The notes: a model not told the origin generated them from the letters alone. A stretch of 64,000 nt of DNA from an uncultured Mycoplasmatota bacterium (GCA_900546275.1 URCH01000005.1:7828-71827); one strand, 5' to 3'; positions 1 through 8,467 are shown, counted from the first letter of the stretch. Numbers and translations are program-made.

Positions 1-81
1 ATTGAAAATAATGATAGATTATCAAGTGAAAGAGAAATTAAAGATAATATATTTAAACAAATATTAAAAATAAAAATGTAA
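1..81 (+). CDS. C-terminal fragment of an unidentified CDS entering from upstream of the window
   Basis: Frame 1 is open from nt 1 (..IENNDRLSSEREIKDNIFKQILKIKM) to TAA 79-81 and is followed at once by a hairpin plus T-run. Too short to name. Confidence 0.3.
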   Translation: MENNDRLSSEREIKDNIFKQILKIKM

Positions 82-105
82 GAAAATTTAATCTTACATT
101 TTTTC
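76..105. terminator. Rho-independent terminator shared by the convergent upstream CDS and agrD
   Basis: ATGTAAGA (76-83) pairs with TCTTACAT (92-99): 8-bp stem, 8-nt loop. T-run 99-104 on the + strand; the A-rich run 66-75 gives a T-run on the - strand. Confidence 0.6.
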
Positions 106-117
106 TAATTAAATAAC

Positions 118-231
118 TTATTTAATTAAACTTTTTGGACATTCAGGTTCATCTAAAACTACACATAAACATGCTTGACTTCCAAAAGAAGCGGCCTTAA
201 ATCCAAAGAATGACAATATAGCTGAAAACAT
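118..231 (-). CDS. agrD: AgrD-type cyclic autoinducing peptide precursor (37 aa)
   Basis: Not in the ORF track. Reverse-strand ATG 229-231 with GGGAGG (238-243) 6 nt upstream; stop 118-120. Translation MFSAILSFFGFKAASFGSQACLCVVLDEPECPKSLIK has a hydrophobic leader, a Cys-containing core and the acidic DEPExPKxL-type tail typical of AgrD. Lies 39 nt downstream of agrB on the same strand. Confidence 0.8.
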   Translation of the reverse strand: MFSAILSFFGFKAASFGSQACLCVVLDEPECPKSLIK

Positions 232-270
232 ATTATTCCTCCCTTTCTATTCTTTTATGTTTAAATTTCT

Positions 271-876
271 TTAAACCTCACTTAACAAATAATTTTTATA
301 ATTGTTATATGGCATGTTAAATAATTTATATATCAATGGCGAAATTATAAAACATTGTAATAATATTGAAAAACATAAACAATTTGCTAAAAAATTATTA
401 TTTATAAATACTGATACAAAACTATATAAAATTGTAATTAATATAGATAATAATTTATATATTTCTCTTCTTCTTTTATTAATAATAGGCCTTTTAACTG
501 TATCTGCTGGACTAAATAAATACATAAAGATGATACCTAATATTCCTATTATGGATTTTAATAAAAGTGATAAATTTATAAATTTTATTAAAAACGGAAT
601 ACATATAAAAATGATAGACGACATTACCAAACATATCCAACTTTTAGGAGCATGAAATCCAAAAGATGGTAGTCTAATAATGTTATAAAAAATCATAAAT
701 ATAACAGTTTCTTTTAGTATCCCTAAAATAAAACATAGAGCAAAAATTATTACTAATTTAGTTATTAATAAGTATATAGAAACTAATCCATATTCTAATA
801 TTTCTAATTCTTCATTAGAATAACTTCTATTTTCTTGAACTTTCTTTAAACACCAATTAATAATTTTTTTTTTCAT
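271..876 (-). CDS. agrB: AgrB accessory gene regulator B (AgrD-processing membrane endopeptidase)
   Basis: 201-aa polytopic membrane protein. Motif RLPSFGFHAPKSWIC has His and Cys 7 residues apart, as in the catalytic H77/C84 pair of staphylococcal AgrB. Followed by agrD. Confidence 0.85.
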   Translation of the reverse strand: MKKKIINWCLKKVQENRSYSNEELEILEYGLVSIYLLITKLVIIFALCFILGILKETVIFMIFYNIIRLPSFGFHAPKSWICLVMSSIIFICIPFLIKFINLSLLLKSIIGILGIIFMYLFSPADTVKRPIINKRRREIYKLLSILITILYSFVSVFINNNFLANCLCFSILLQCFIISPLIYKLFNMPYNNYKNYLLSEV

Positions 877-923
877 ATCCCTTACTCCTGCGATGAGTAT
901 ACAATTTTAAAAGTCGAAAAATG

Positions 924-950
924 TAAAAAAAGCTTTAGAGTATAAAGCTT
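924..950 (-). terminator. Possible insulating intrinsic terminator upstream of agrB
   Basis: AAGCTTT (930-936) pairs with AAAGCTT (944-950), 7-nt loop. On the - strand it is followed by a T7 run (complement of 924-930). Lies 48 nt upstream of the agrB start. Confidence 0.35.
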
Positions 951-1193
951 ATGAATTAAATTTTTTTTTAATTATGAAAATTTATTTTTTTACCAATTCA
1001 TTCATATATAATAGGGTTTAATGCAAAAAAAGATATAAATTAAATTTGGATAGTACAATGTGATTTATACGTTTTATCAATCAAATAATTACGCAAAATT
1101 TGTCGAATTTTTGGGATTTGTTTTAATTGAATTTGGAGTATGTAGATTGTATATTAGTATTGTAAGCAATTTTACTAGAAGGGAGATTTAAGA

Positions 1194-1406
1194 ATGAAAG
1201 GAAAAGTAAAATGGTTTAATAATGAAAAGGGGTTTGGATTTATAGAATATAAAGAAGGCGAGGATATATTTGTTCATTATTCTGCGATACTTTCAGAAGG
1301 GTATAAAACTTTAGTTGAAGGACAATATGTTGAATTTGATTTAGTTCAAACAGATAAAGGACTTCAAGCAAAAAACGTTGTTGAAATTAAAGCAACTTTA
1401 GTATAA
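1194..1406 (+). CDS. Cold-shock protein, CspA family
   Basis: 70 aa. [17 protein letters not shown] and DIFVHYSAI correspond to the RNP1/RNP2 motifs of cold-shock domains. GGGAG RBS upstream; long AT-rich 5' UTR. Confidence 0.95.
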   Translation: MKGKVKWFNNEKGFGFIEYKEGEDIFVHYSAILSEGYKTLVEGQYVEFDLVQTDKGLQAKNVVEIKATLV

Positions 1407-1437
1407 AAAATAATATCATAAGGTATTATTTTTTTTT
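1407..1437. terminator. Weak AT-only bidirectional hairpin between csp and the convergent glycosyltransferase gene
   Basis: AAAATAATA (1407-1415) pairs with TATTATTTT (1424-1432), followed by a T-run to 1437. Overlaps the 3' end of the minus-strand CDS. Confidence 0.4.
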
Positions 1438-2513
1438 ATAATTTCTTCAATTATTTTTTTATTATTAATTAATCTTTTATCATTAGGATTAATATTTAAA
1501 GCCATGTTTATATATATTAAAGATTCTTCAATATAACCAAGTTTAAAAGAACTAATAGTTAATAAATCATATATAGTTTCATTCCAACTAAATGTTTCAT
1601 TAATGTAATTTTTTTCATGTTTCTTTATTAAAAATGCTTTTTTACATAAATCATATACCTTCTTAAAATCATTAAGGTCATAGCACATCAATGCATATTC
1701 AATATAGGGATCCCTTAAATATGACGCTTCTAATATTGCTTTTTCATACCATAATTTTGCTTCATCAAATCTATTAAGATTTTTATAACATCTACCAATA
1801 AATCTCATAGATGCACATCTTTCATCTTTCCATTTTGCTGTTTTTAAACTTAAATGCTTAATTAAAGTATCAATTGCTTCATTCCATTTACTATGGAACA
1901 TATATTCCCTACCTAAATAATGCATATTTCTATCATCATTAGGACATTCTTCAACAGAAAGTTCTAAAAGATTAAGATAGGAACTTCTGGTTTTAGTGCG
2001 ATCTGGATAATGATTTAAAACAATATCATCAGTTGTTATAATATTTTCATGTGCTTCTTTATAAGTTAATACTTCGTGTACTGGATGCATCCAAGAATAT
2101 CCATGTCTTTTATGTATTTTATCAGTATAAAAACTTATAGCAGGAATTCCGTTTTCATCAAAACTCCAATTATAATGATAGTGTAATCTATCAGTATTCT
2201 TTTTCCACAGCTTTTCTAATTTATTTCTCCACCCTTTTTCTAGTACTTCATCTAAATCAGTACACACACATATATCTATATCATCAGGTACCATTTCAAG
2301 TGACCTATTTCTGGCAACATCAAATCTCCAAGGATTTATAATTTCTTCTTTTACAATAATGTTATGTTTTTTTAACTTTTCCACAGTATTATCGTTTGAA
2401 CCAGTATCAAGAACATATATACTATCAGCTTCTTTCATTGATTCTGCCCATCTATCTACGAATTTTTCTTCGTTTTTACATATTGCATATACACATATTT
2501 TTAATTTTTTCAT
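1416..2513 (-). CDS. Family-2 glycosyltransferase with C-terminal TPR repeats
   Basis: N-terminus YAICKNEE..VLDTGSNDNT..CTDLDEV matches the GT2 nucleotide-sugar fold with a DxD motif. The C-terminal half has TPR-like repeats (GREYMFHSKWNEAI, GRCYKNLNRFDEAKLWYEKAI). Divergent from the collagen-like gene. Confidence 0.75.
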   Translation of the reverse strand: MKKLKICVYAICKNEEKFVDRWAESMKEADSIYVLDTGSNDNTVEKLKKHNIIVKEEIINPWRFDVARNRSLEMVPDDIDICVCTDLDEVLEKGWRNKLEKLWKKNTDRLHYHYNWSFDENGIPAISFYTDKIHKRHGYSWMHPVHEVLTYKEAHENIITTDDIVLNHYPDRTKTRSSYLNLLELSVEECPNDDRNMHYLGREYMFHSKWNEAIDTLIKHLSLKTAKWKDERCASMRFIGRCYKNLNRFDEAKLWYEKAILEASYLRDPYIEYALMCYDLNDFKKVYDLCKKAFLIKKHEKNYINETFSWNETIYDLLTISSFKLGYIEESLIYINMALNINPNDKRLINNKKIIEEIIKKNNTL

Positions 2514-2725
2514 AATTCGCTCCTTTATTACAAGATATGCAAAAAAGAATTTAAGTATTTAATAAATATTCAGGCAACTATAATTTCATATAATTAAAGT
2601 TTTCATATAATAAATTTGAAAGGAGAAAGAATATTACGGATAGCTATTCAAAGGCCTTTGAAAAAATAAAATATGATCAAAAATGTAAACCCAGTTGTTG
2701 TGTTGGCCTAACAGGGCCAAGAGGA

Positions 2726-3298
2726 ATGATGAGACCAATTGGGAAGACAGGCCCGACTGGGCCAATAGGTCCAACAGGACCTGCTGGAACAAGTCTTCTA
2801 AGAACTGCATATTTAGTTACTTATAATGATGGAACACATCAAAATGGAAGACCGATTGTAAGTGAAGCGAGATTACCAATAGATCGTAATGAACTTGACC
2901 CAACTTCGTTAATTACATTAGACACAGAAAATGAAACAATCAGTTTCAATGTAATAGGTCATTATAAGATATCTGTTATAGTATCTGCGTATTCGTTGAA
3001 AATAGATACACAATTTAATCCAGCAACTGATTTTGTATCTATAGGATTTAGAACGGTAGGAACAGATAATATATACGTTGGAGCGAGCGAATGGTCTTAT
3101 GATGAAAAAGCAAAGCAGTTATATATGCATGGAATGTTATCTATTCCAGATACTAGTGAATTATATGAACTTGTAAATATAGGAAGTCAAACTATATATT
3201 TGGCTACCCCAGACTTAAAAAAAATTAAATCAAAATCATATTTTACAAATTCTCTAGTAACAATAATTATAGAATATTTGGGTAAACAAAGAGAATAA
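2726..3298 (+). CDS. BclA-like exosporium/spore-surface collagen-like protein (short GXX tract plus C-terminal jelly-roll-type domain)
   Basis: GKTGPTGPIGPTGPAGT GXX repeats. C-terminal motifs (HYKISVIVSA, SLVTIIIEYLG) resemble the remembered BclA C-terminal domain (FYKITVIANT, SASIIIEKVA). The frame is open back to 2594, and an ATT at 2633 sits 7 nt after AGGAG, so the true start may be upstream. Confidence 0.65.
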   Translation: MMRPIGKTGPTGPIGPTGPAGTSLLRTAYLVTYNDGTHQNGRPIVSEARLPIDRNELDPTSLITLDTENETISFNVIGHYKISVIVSAYSLKIDTQFNPATDFVSIGFRTVGTDNIYVGASEWSYDEKAKQLYMHGMLSIPDTSELYELVNIGSQTIYLATPDLKKIKSKSYFTNSLVTIIIEYLGKQRE

Positions 3299-3336
3299 TA
3301 TAAAGATGAAATTTTTGTGTTAATTCACATCTCTTA

Positions 3337-3365
3337 ATGACAAAAAAATAAATACATGTTATAAT
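3337..3365 (+). promoter_or_regulatory. Sigma-A-type promoter for hpf
   Basis: ATGACA (3337-3342), 17-nt spacer, TGtTATAAT extended -10 (TATAAT 3360-3365). Confidence 0.6.
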
Positions 3366-3384
3366 CATAGTAGGAGGGATATAA

Positions 3385-3909
3385 ATGAAAACAAATATTC
3401 ATGGAAACAAATTAGAAATAACAGAATCAATAAAAAGTTATATTATTGAAAAACTAGGAAAGTTAGATAAGTATTTTGAGAACCCTGAAGAATTGACGGC
3501 AACAATATCTCTAAAAGTAAGAGGAAAAGAGCAAATAGTAGAGATTACTATACCTATTAAAAAAGCAATTTTAAGATGCGAAGAATCAAATGATGATTTA
3601 TATGCATCAATAGATTTTGCAGTAGATAAATTAGAAAGACAAATAAGAAAAAATAAAACAAAAATGAAAAAAAATAAAGAAAAATATATTGAGATAAAAG
3701 AACTTGATATATCTTTAGATGAAGAAGAATCATCAAATATAGTAAAAAGAAAACAATTAGAAGTAAAACCAATGAGTGAAGAGGAAGCCATGCTTCAAAT
3801 GGATTTGTTGGGTCATACGTTTTTCGTATTTAAAGCAGTAGAAGATGGTTTTACAAAAGTAGTTTACAAAAGAAAAGATGGAAATTACGGAATAATTGAA
3901 ATAAAATAA
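3385..3909 (+). CDS. hpf: Ribosome hibernation promoting factor, long form
   Basis: 174 aa. N-terminal RaiA/YfiA-type domain (MKTNIHGNKLEITESIKSYIIEKLGKLDKYF), an acidic linker, and the C-terminal dimerisation domain (FFVFKAVEDGFTKVVYKRKDGNYGIIE). The position upstream of secA is typical of Firmicutes. Confidence 0.92.
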   Translation: MKTNIHGNKLEITESIKSYIIEKLGKLDKYFENPEELTATISLKVRGKEQIVEITIPIKKAILRCEESNDDLYASIDFAVDKLERQIRKNKTKMKKNKEKYIEIKELDISLDEEESSNIVKRKQLEVKPMSEEEAMLQMDLLGHTFFVFKAVEDGFTKVVYKRKDGNYGIIEIK

Positions 3910-3914
3910 TTATG

Positions 3915-3941
3915 AAAACTGTTTAAAAACAGTTTTTTTTG
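3915..3941 (+). terminator. Intrinsic terminator after hpf
   Basis: AAACTGTTT pairs with AAACAGTTT, followed by a T-run to 3940. Confidence 0.6.
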
Positions 3942-4001
3942 TTTATTTTTTTTGCTATTTTTGATAAAATGATATAGAGACATATAGAAGGAGATACAAA
4001 C

Positions 4002-6491
4002 ATGAATTTATTAAAAAAACTATTTGATCATGAATATAAAGAATTAAATAAATTTGATGCATTAGCTGACCAGGTAATTGAACTTGACGAAGAAATGCAA
4101 AAACTAAGTGATGAAGAATTAAAAAATAAAACACAAGAATTTAAAGACAGACTAAAAAACGGTGAAACACTAGAAGACATAAAAGTCGAAGCTTTTGCAG
4201 TAGTGAGAGAGGCTGCATATCGTGTAATAAAAGAAAAACCATTTAAAGTTCAGATAATTGGTGGTTTTGCTATTCATTATGGTAACATTGCAGAAATGAA
4301 AACAGGTGAAGGAAAAACATTAACTTCAACAATGCCTGCATATTTAAATGCACTAACAGGTGAAGGGGTTCATATAATTACTGTAAACGAATACCTTGCT
4401 GGAAGAGATGCAGAATGGATGGGTTCTATATATAGATTTTTAGGTCTTACAGTTGGGGTTAACTATAGAGAACTTACTTCAGAAGAAAAAAAGAACGCAT
4501 ATAATTGTGATATAATGTATTCCACAAATAATGAAATTGGATTTGATTATCTAAGAGATAACATGGTTGTAAAAGCTCAAGATAGAGTTGCACGCCCATT
4601 TAACTTTGCGATTGTCGATGAAGTAGACTCAGTTCTTATAGATGAAGCAAGAACACCACTTATTATTTCAGGTGGAAGCATGAATTCTGCTAATTTATAT
4701 ATTCAAGCCGATAAATTTGCTAAAACATTAAAGGAAAATAAAGGATATATATATGATGAACAAACAAAAGCAGTAAGTTTAGATAAAGAGGGTATAGATA
4801 AAGCAGAAAAGAAGTTTGGAGTTTCTAATTTATATGATATTAACAATTCAACTTTAGTACATTTTATTAATCAAGCCCTAAAAGCTAATTTTGCTATGAA
4901 AAGAGATTTTGATTATGTTGTAGAAGATGGAGAAGTTGTAATAGTAGATCCATTTACTGGACGTTTAATGAAAGGAAGAAATTACTCTGATGGATTACAT
5001 CAAGCAATAGAAGCAAAAGAAGGAGTAAAGATTCAAGAAGAAACAAAAACTTTAGCAACTATTACATTCCAAAATTTATTTAGAATGTATAAAAAACTTT
5101 CTGGTATGACAGGTACAGCAAAGACAGAAGAAGAAGAATTTAGGGATATTTATAATATGTATGTTATATGTATTCCAACAAATAAACCAGTAATAAGAGA
5201 AGATTTTAAAGATTTGATATTCGCAACTAAACAAGGTAAATATAAAGCAATAATAAATGAAATAAAAGAAAGACATGCTAAAGGACAACCAGTTTTAGTT
5301 GGTACAATAGCTGTAGAAACAAGTGAATTAATAAGTTCAATGTTAAAAAAAGAACATATTCCACATGAAGTTTTAAATGCGAAAAATAACGCAAGAGAAG
5401 CAGAAATAATTGCCAAAGCTGGTAATAAAGGTGCGGTTACAATCGCAACTAATATGGCTGGACGTGGAACCGATATAAAATTAACAGATGAAGTAAAAGA
5501 ACTTGGTGGTTTATGTGTAATCGGTACAGAACGTCATGAGTCAAGAAGAATTGATAACCAATTAAGAGGTAGATCAGGTAGACAAGGCGACCCAGGATTT
5601 TCACAATTCTGTGTATCTTTTGAAGATGATTTAATGGTTAGGTTTGGTACTGATAGAGCCAAAGCTATGCTTGAAAGAGTAGGATTTTCAGGAGACCTTT
5701 CAATTAGAAATGGCATGTTATCTAAATCTGTTGAAAGCGCACAAAAACGTATAGAAGGTAATAACTATGATATACGTAAAACATTACTTCAATATGATGA
5801 TGTAATTAATCAACAAAGAGAAATTATATACGAAAGAAGAAATGAAATTTTAGATAATGAAAATATTCATGAAATGATACTTGATACCATAAAAAATTAC
5901 TGTGAACTTCAAGTTGAATCTCATTTGAATGATGAAAATAAATTAGCTTCTAACGAATTAAGTGAGTTATTAGAGTCAGTAAACGAACTTTTGAGAAATA
6001 AAATAGAGTTTAAAGATATTGAAAATAAGTCAATTGATGAAATAAATTCATTTATTTATGATAAGTTTGTAACTGAATATGAAAATAAAATAAAAGATAT
6101 TCCAGCTCATATTCATCAAGAATTTGAACGTGCAATTACTTTAAGAGTTATTGATACTCACTGGATGGAACACATTAATACTATGTCTGTTCTTAGAGAG
6201 GGAATTCATTTAAGGGGATATGCACAAGAAGATCCATTAAGAGCTTATACAACAGAAGGATACGAATTATTTGATAATTTATTAGATGTAATTGATAAAG
6301 AGGTTGTAACTTTCTTAATGAAAGCTGAAGTTAGACAAAATACTGAGAGAAAAGAAGTTGTCAAGGGTAATGCTGCTGAAGATAATTCAAAAGTTAAAAA
6401 GCAGACTCCAAAGAAAACAGAAAAAATTGGTAGAAATGAACCTTGTCCATGTGGATCAGGAAAAAAATACAAACAATGCTGTGGTAAATAG
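4002..6491 (+). CDS. secA: Preprotein translocase ATPase SecA
   Basis: 829 aa. Walker A MKTGEGKTL, DEAD-like VDEVDSVLIDEARTPLIISG, and the C-terminal zinc-binding tail CPCGSGKKYKQCCGK. Confidence 0.98.
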   Translation: MNLLKKLFDHEYKELNKFDALADQVIELDEEMQKLSDEELKNKTQEFKDRLKNGETLEDIKVEAFAVVREAAYRVIKEKPFKVQIIGGFAIHYGNIAEMKTGEGKTLTSTMPAYLNALTGEGVHIITVNEYLAGRDAEWMGSIYRFLGLTVGVNYRELTSEEKKNAYNCDIMYSTNNEIGFDYLRDNMVVKAQDRVARPFNFAIVDEVDSVLIDEARTPLIISGGSMNSANLYIQADKFAKTLKENKGYIYDEQTKAVSLDKEGIDKAEKKFGVSNLYDINNSTLVHFINQALKANFAMKRDFDYVVEDGEVVIVDPFTGRLMKGRNYSDGLHQAIEAKEGVKIQEETKTLATITFQNLFRMYKKLSGMTGTAKTEEEEFRDIYNMYVICIPTNKPVIREDFKDLIFATKQGKYKAIINEIKERHAKGQPVLVGTIAVETSELISSMLKKEHIPHEVLNAKNNAREAEIIAKAGNKGAVTIATNMAGRGTDIKLTDEVKELGGLCVIGTERHESRRIDNQLRGRSGRQGDPGFSQFCVSFEDDLMVRFGTDRAKAMLERVGFSGDLSIRNGMLSKSVESAQKRIEGNNYDIRKTLLQYDDVINQQREIIYERRNEILDNENIHEMILDTIKNYCELQVESHLNDENKLASNELSELLESVNELLRNKIEFKDIENKSIDEINSFIYDKFVTEYENKIKDIPAHIHQEFERAITLRVIDTHWMEHINTMSVLREGIHLRGYAQEDPLRAYTTEGYELFDNLLDVIDKEVVTFLMKAEVRQNTERKEVVKGNAAEDNSKVKKQTPKKTEKIGRNEPCPCGSGKKYKQCCGK

Positions 6492-6542
6492 CTTGTTTTA
6501 TAAGGGTTTGTGAGTTTGACAATAGTCAAAAAAAGGCAAAAA

Positions 6543-6624
6543 ATTGTGCACATGATACCAAAAATTATGTGCACAAATTAAAAAAATCCCCATATTATAA
6601 GGGAAAAATATATGTGCACATTAA
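6543..6624. repeat. Three copies of the 8-bp palindrome TGTGCACA in the secA 3' region
   Basis: TGTGCACA at 6546-6553, 6569-6576 and 6614-6621. The first two sit in a 12-bp inverted repeat, AATTGTGCACAT (6543-6554) and ATGTGCACAAATT (6568-6580). Confidence 0.7.
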
Positions 6625-6628
6625 TAGA

Positions 6629-6651
6629 AACTAGCGTTAAGCTAGTTTTTA
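6629..6651 (+). terminator. Intrinsic terminator closing the secA 3' UTR
   Basis: AAACTAGC (6629-6636) pairs with GCTAGTTT (6642-6649), 5-nt loop, with T residues continuing to 6651. Confidence 0.5.
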
Positions 6652-6861
6652 TGTAAGAAATATAAACAGTGTTGAGGTAAATAAACTTGCAAACTCGTAT
6701 AAAATTCCTTGGAGTTTCTGCTTTATTAATAAGCATTTTGACTAACAAGAGTGCAAAAGATAATTTTTTAACATTTGTATAGAATATTTTTCCAAGTGAG
6801 ATGATGTTCTATAATTACGATTTGTTACTTTTATAGTGACATTTTTTGCTTTTTATGGTGT

Positions 6862-7015
6862 ATAATATATTTGAAAGACTCGTACAGCAAATTTTAAAGG
6901 TAATGTGAATCTTAATACGTTGGGTCACGCGTATATTTGAGTCTTGTGTAGCCACTTATAAAAATTAAAGTGACCTTTGTGGCTTAACATCTTATTTTAA
7001 ATAAGGAGAAATCTT
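6862..7015 (+). promoter_or_regulatory. Candidate promoter plus roughly 140-nt structured 5' leader of the vWA gene
   Basis: TATAAT at 6862-6867. Stems: AAGACTC 6876-6882 with GAGTCTT 6940-6946, enclosing ATACG 6916-6920 with CGTAT 6931-6935. Mutually exclusive pairings AGCCAC 6951-6956 with GTGGCT 6980-6985, or CACTT 6954-6958 with AAGTG 6969-6973. The hairpin CTTATTT 6992-6998 with AAATAAG 7000-7006 reaches into the AAGGAG RBS. Confidence 0.3.
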
Positions 7016-8449
7016 ATGAATTTATTAGATGGAATAAAAAAGAATAACACCAGTGTTAGTATTAACGGTTCAAAATACTATGAGACATCATATAATAGTA
7101 ATCTAGATGTTTTTACAATGGTTACAAGATTTAATTATGAACCTAATGTAATTAAACTGTTTAACAATGCATTAGTAGAAAATGAAGAATTAGCACTTGC
7201 TAATTTATTATATATATTAGATATAAGAGAAGGAAAAGGTGAAAGACGTCTTTTCAAAATAATTTATAAATTTATATGCAATGAATATCCTAATCAAGCA
7301 TTACGCATTCTTCCATTTATAAGTGAACTTGGTCGTTATGATTATCTTCTTGTTGGAATAAATACAAAGATAGAAAATGAAACAATTGAAGTAATTAAAA
7401 ATCAATTAAATAATGATAAAACTAGTGATACACCATCACTATTAGCTAAATGGCTACCTTCAATTCGTACTCATAAAAAAAATAATTCACTTGCAAAAAA
7501 ATTAGTTAAGCTACTAAATATAAGTGAAAAAGAATATAGGAAACTTTTAGCGCAACTTAGATCAAAATTAAATATAATAGAAAAAAATTTAACAAATAAA
7601 GAATATGACAAAATTGAATTTTATAAAATTCCGGCAAAAGCTTTACTTAAGTATAATCAAGCTTATATAAAGAATATTAATGAAAGATATAGTAAGTATA
7701 AAGATGATGTTAAAAACAAAAAATCAAATATTAACACATCTGGATTATTTTCATATGAAATAGTAAAAAAAATATTATCAGAAAAAGATTATGATAATGA
7801 GATATATGATTTAATGTGGAAAAATCAAAAAGAAATACTTAAAAATAATAGTGAAAACTTGATAGTTGTAGCTGATACATCAGAATCGATGTTTCAGTAC
7901 GATTGTATTCCCTATTGTACATCTATAGGACTTGCTATATATATTTCAGAAAGAAATAAGGGCTTTTTTCAAAATAATTTTATATCATTTTCAAGAAAAC
8001 CAATATTACAACAAATTAAAGGTAATACTTTAGTGGAAAAAATACAGAATATTGAAACTATTAATGCTACAACTACCGATATTGATAAAGTATTTGAATT
8101 GATTTTAACAATAGCACAAGAAAATAAACTAAAACAATCAGATTTACCAACAAAAATTTTAATAATTACAGACATGAATTTTAACAAAGGTGTGTATTCT
8201 AAAAATAGTACAAATTTTGAAGGTTGGAAGCAAGCCTTTAAAGAAAATGGTTATAAATTACCAACAATCATATTTTGGAATGCTGGATGTGAGACAAAAG
8301 GTGTTCCTGTAACAAATTTAGATGATAATGTTATAATAGTTAGTGGATTTTCAACTAATATATTAGACAATCTTTTAACTATAGAAAAATATACACCGGA
8401 ATATGCAATGTTAGATAAATTATCTAAATATTTAAAAATACTTAATTAA
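7016..8449 (+). CDS. vWA-domain protein with MIDAS motif and a large N-terminal helical domain (DUF2828-like)
   Basis: 477 aa. N-terminus (..ANLLYILDIREGKGERRLF..) matches my recollection of the DUF2828 family. The C-terminal half has a DxSxS MIDAS motif (VVADTSESM) and a vWA-like beta-alpha pattern. Confidence 0.6.
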   Translation: MNLLDGIKKNNTSVSINGSKYYETSYNSNLDVFTMVTRFNYEPNVIKLFNNALVENEELALANLLYILDIREGKGERRLFKIIYKFICNEYPNQALRILPFISELGRYDYLLVGINTKIENETIEVIKNQLNNDKTSDTPSLLAKWLPSIRTHKKNNSLAKKLVKLLNISEKEYRKLLAQLRSKLNIIEKNLTNKEYDKIEFYKIPAKALLKYNQAYIKNINERYSKYKDDVKNKKSNINTSGLFSYEIVKKILSEKDYDNEIYDLMWKNQKEILKNNSENLIVVADTSESMFQYDCIPYCTSIGLAIYISERNKGFFQNNFISFSRKPILQQIKGNTLVEKIQNIETINATTTDIDKVFELILTIAQENKLKQSDLPTKILIITDMNFNKGVYSKNSTNFEGWKQAFKENGYKLPTIIFWNAGCETKGVPVTNLDDNVIIVSGFSTNILDNLLTIEKYTPEYAMLDKLSKYLKILN

Positions 8450-8467
8450 AAAGAGGTTTTATAAAAA

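Noticed and set aside
302-655. Plus-strand 117-aa ORF
   Set aside because: It is antisense to agrB, which has clear family motifs. It has AT-rich low-complexity translation and no RBS.
3438-3791. Minus-strand ORFs inside hpf (3438-3791, 3557-3772), and likewise 5076-5716 inside secA, 52954-53184 and 53491-53841 around the DUF368 gene, and 45982-47066 inside the kinase gene
   Set aside because: All are antisense to ORFs with strong family signatures, lack an RBS, and have the Leu/Phe/Ile-rich composition typical of AT-rich antisense frames.
6245-6574. Minus-strand 109-aa ORF overlapping the secA 3' end
   Set aside because: Most of it is antisense to the highly conserved SecA C-terminus. The remainder is covered by the palindrome/terminator region.
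6613-6657. 13-codon mini-ORF MCTLIETSVKLVFM after a weak GGGA
   Set aside because: It contains the third TGTGCACA palindrome and the terminator hairpin, has no conservation argument, and is most simply explained as non-coding 3' UTR.
6492-7015. Expected prfB (with its frameshift site) after secA, as in many Firmicutes
   Set aside because: There is no open frame or RF2-like sequence in any frame of this 520-nt gap, so prfB is simply not located here.
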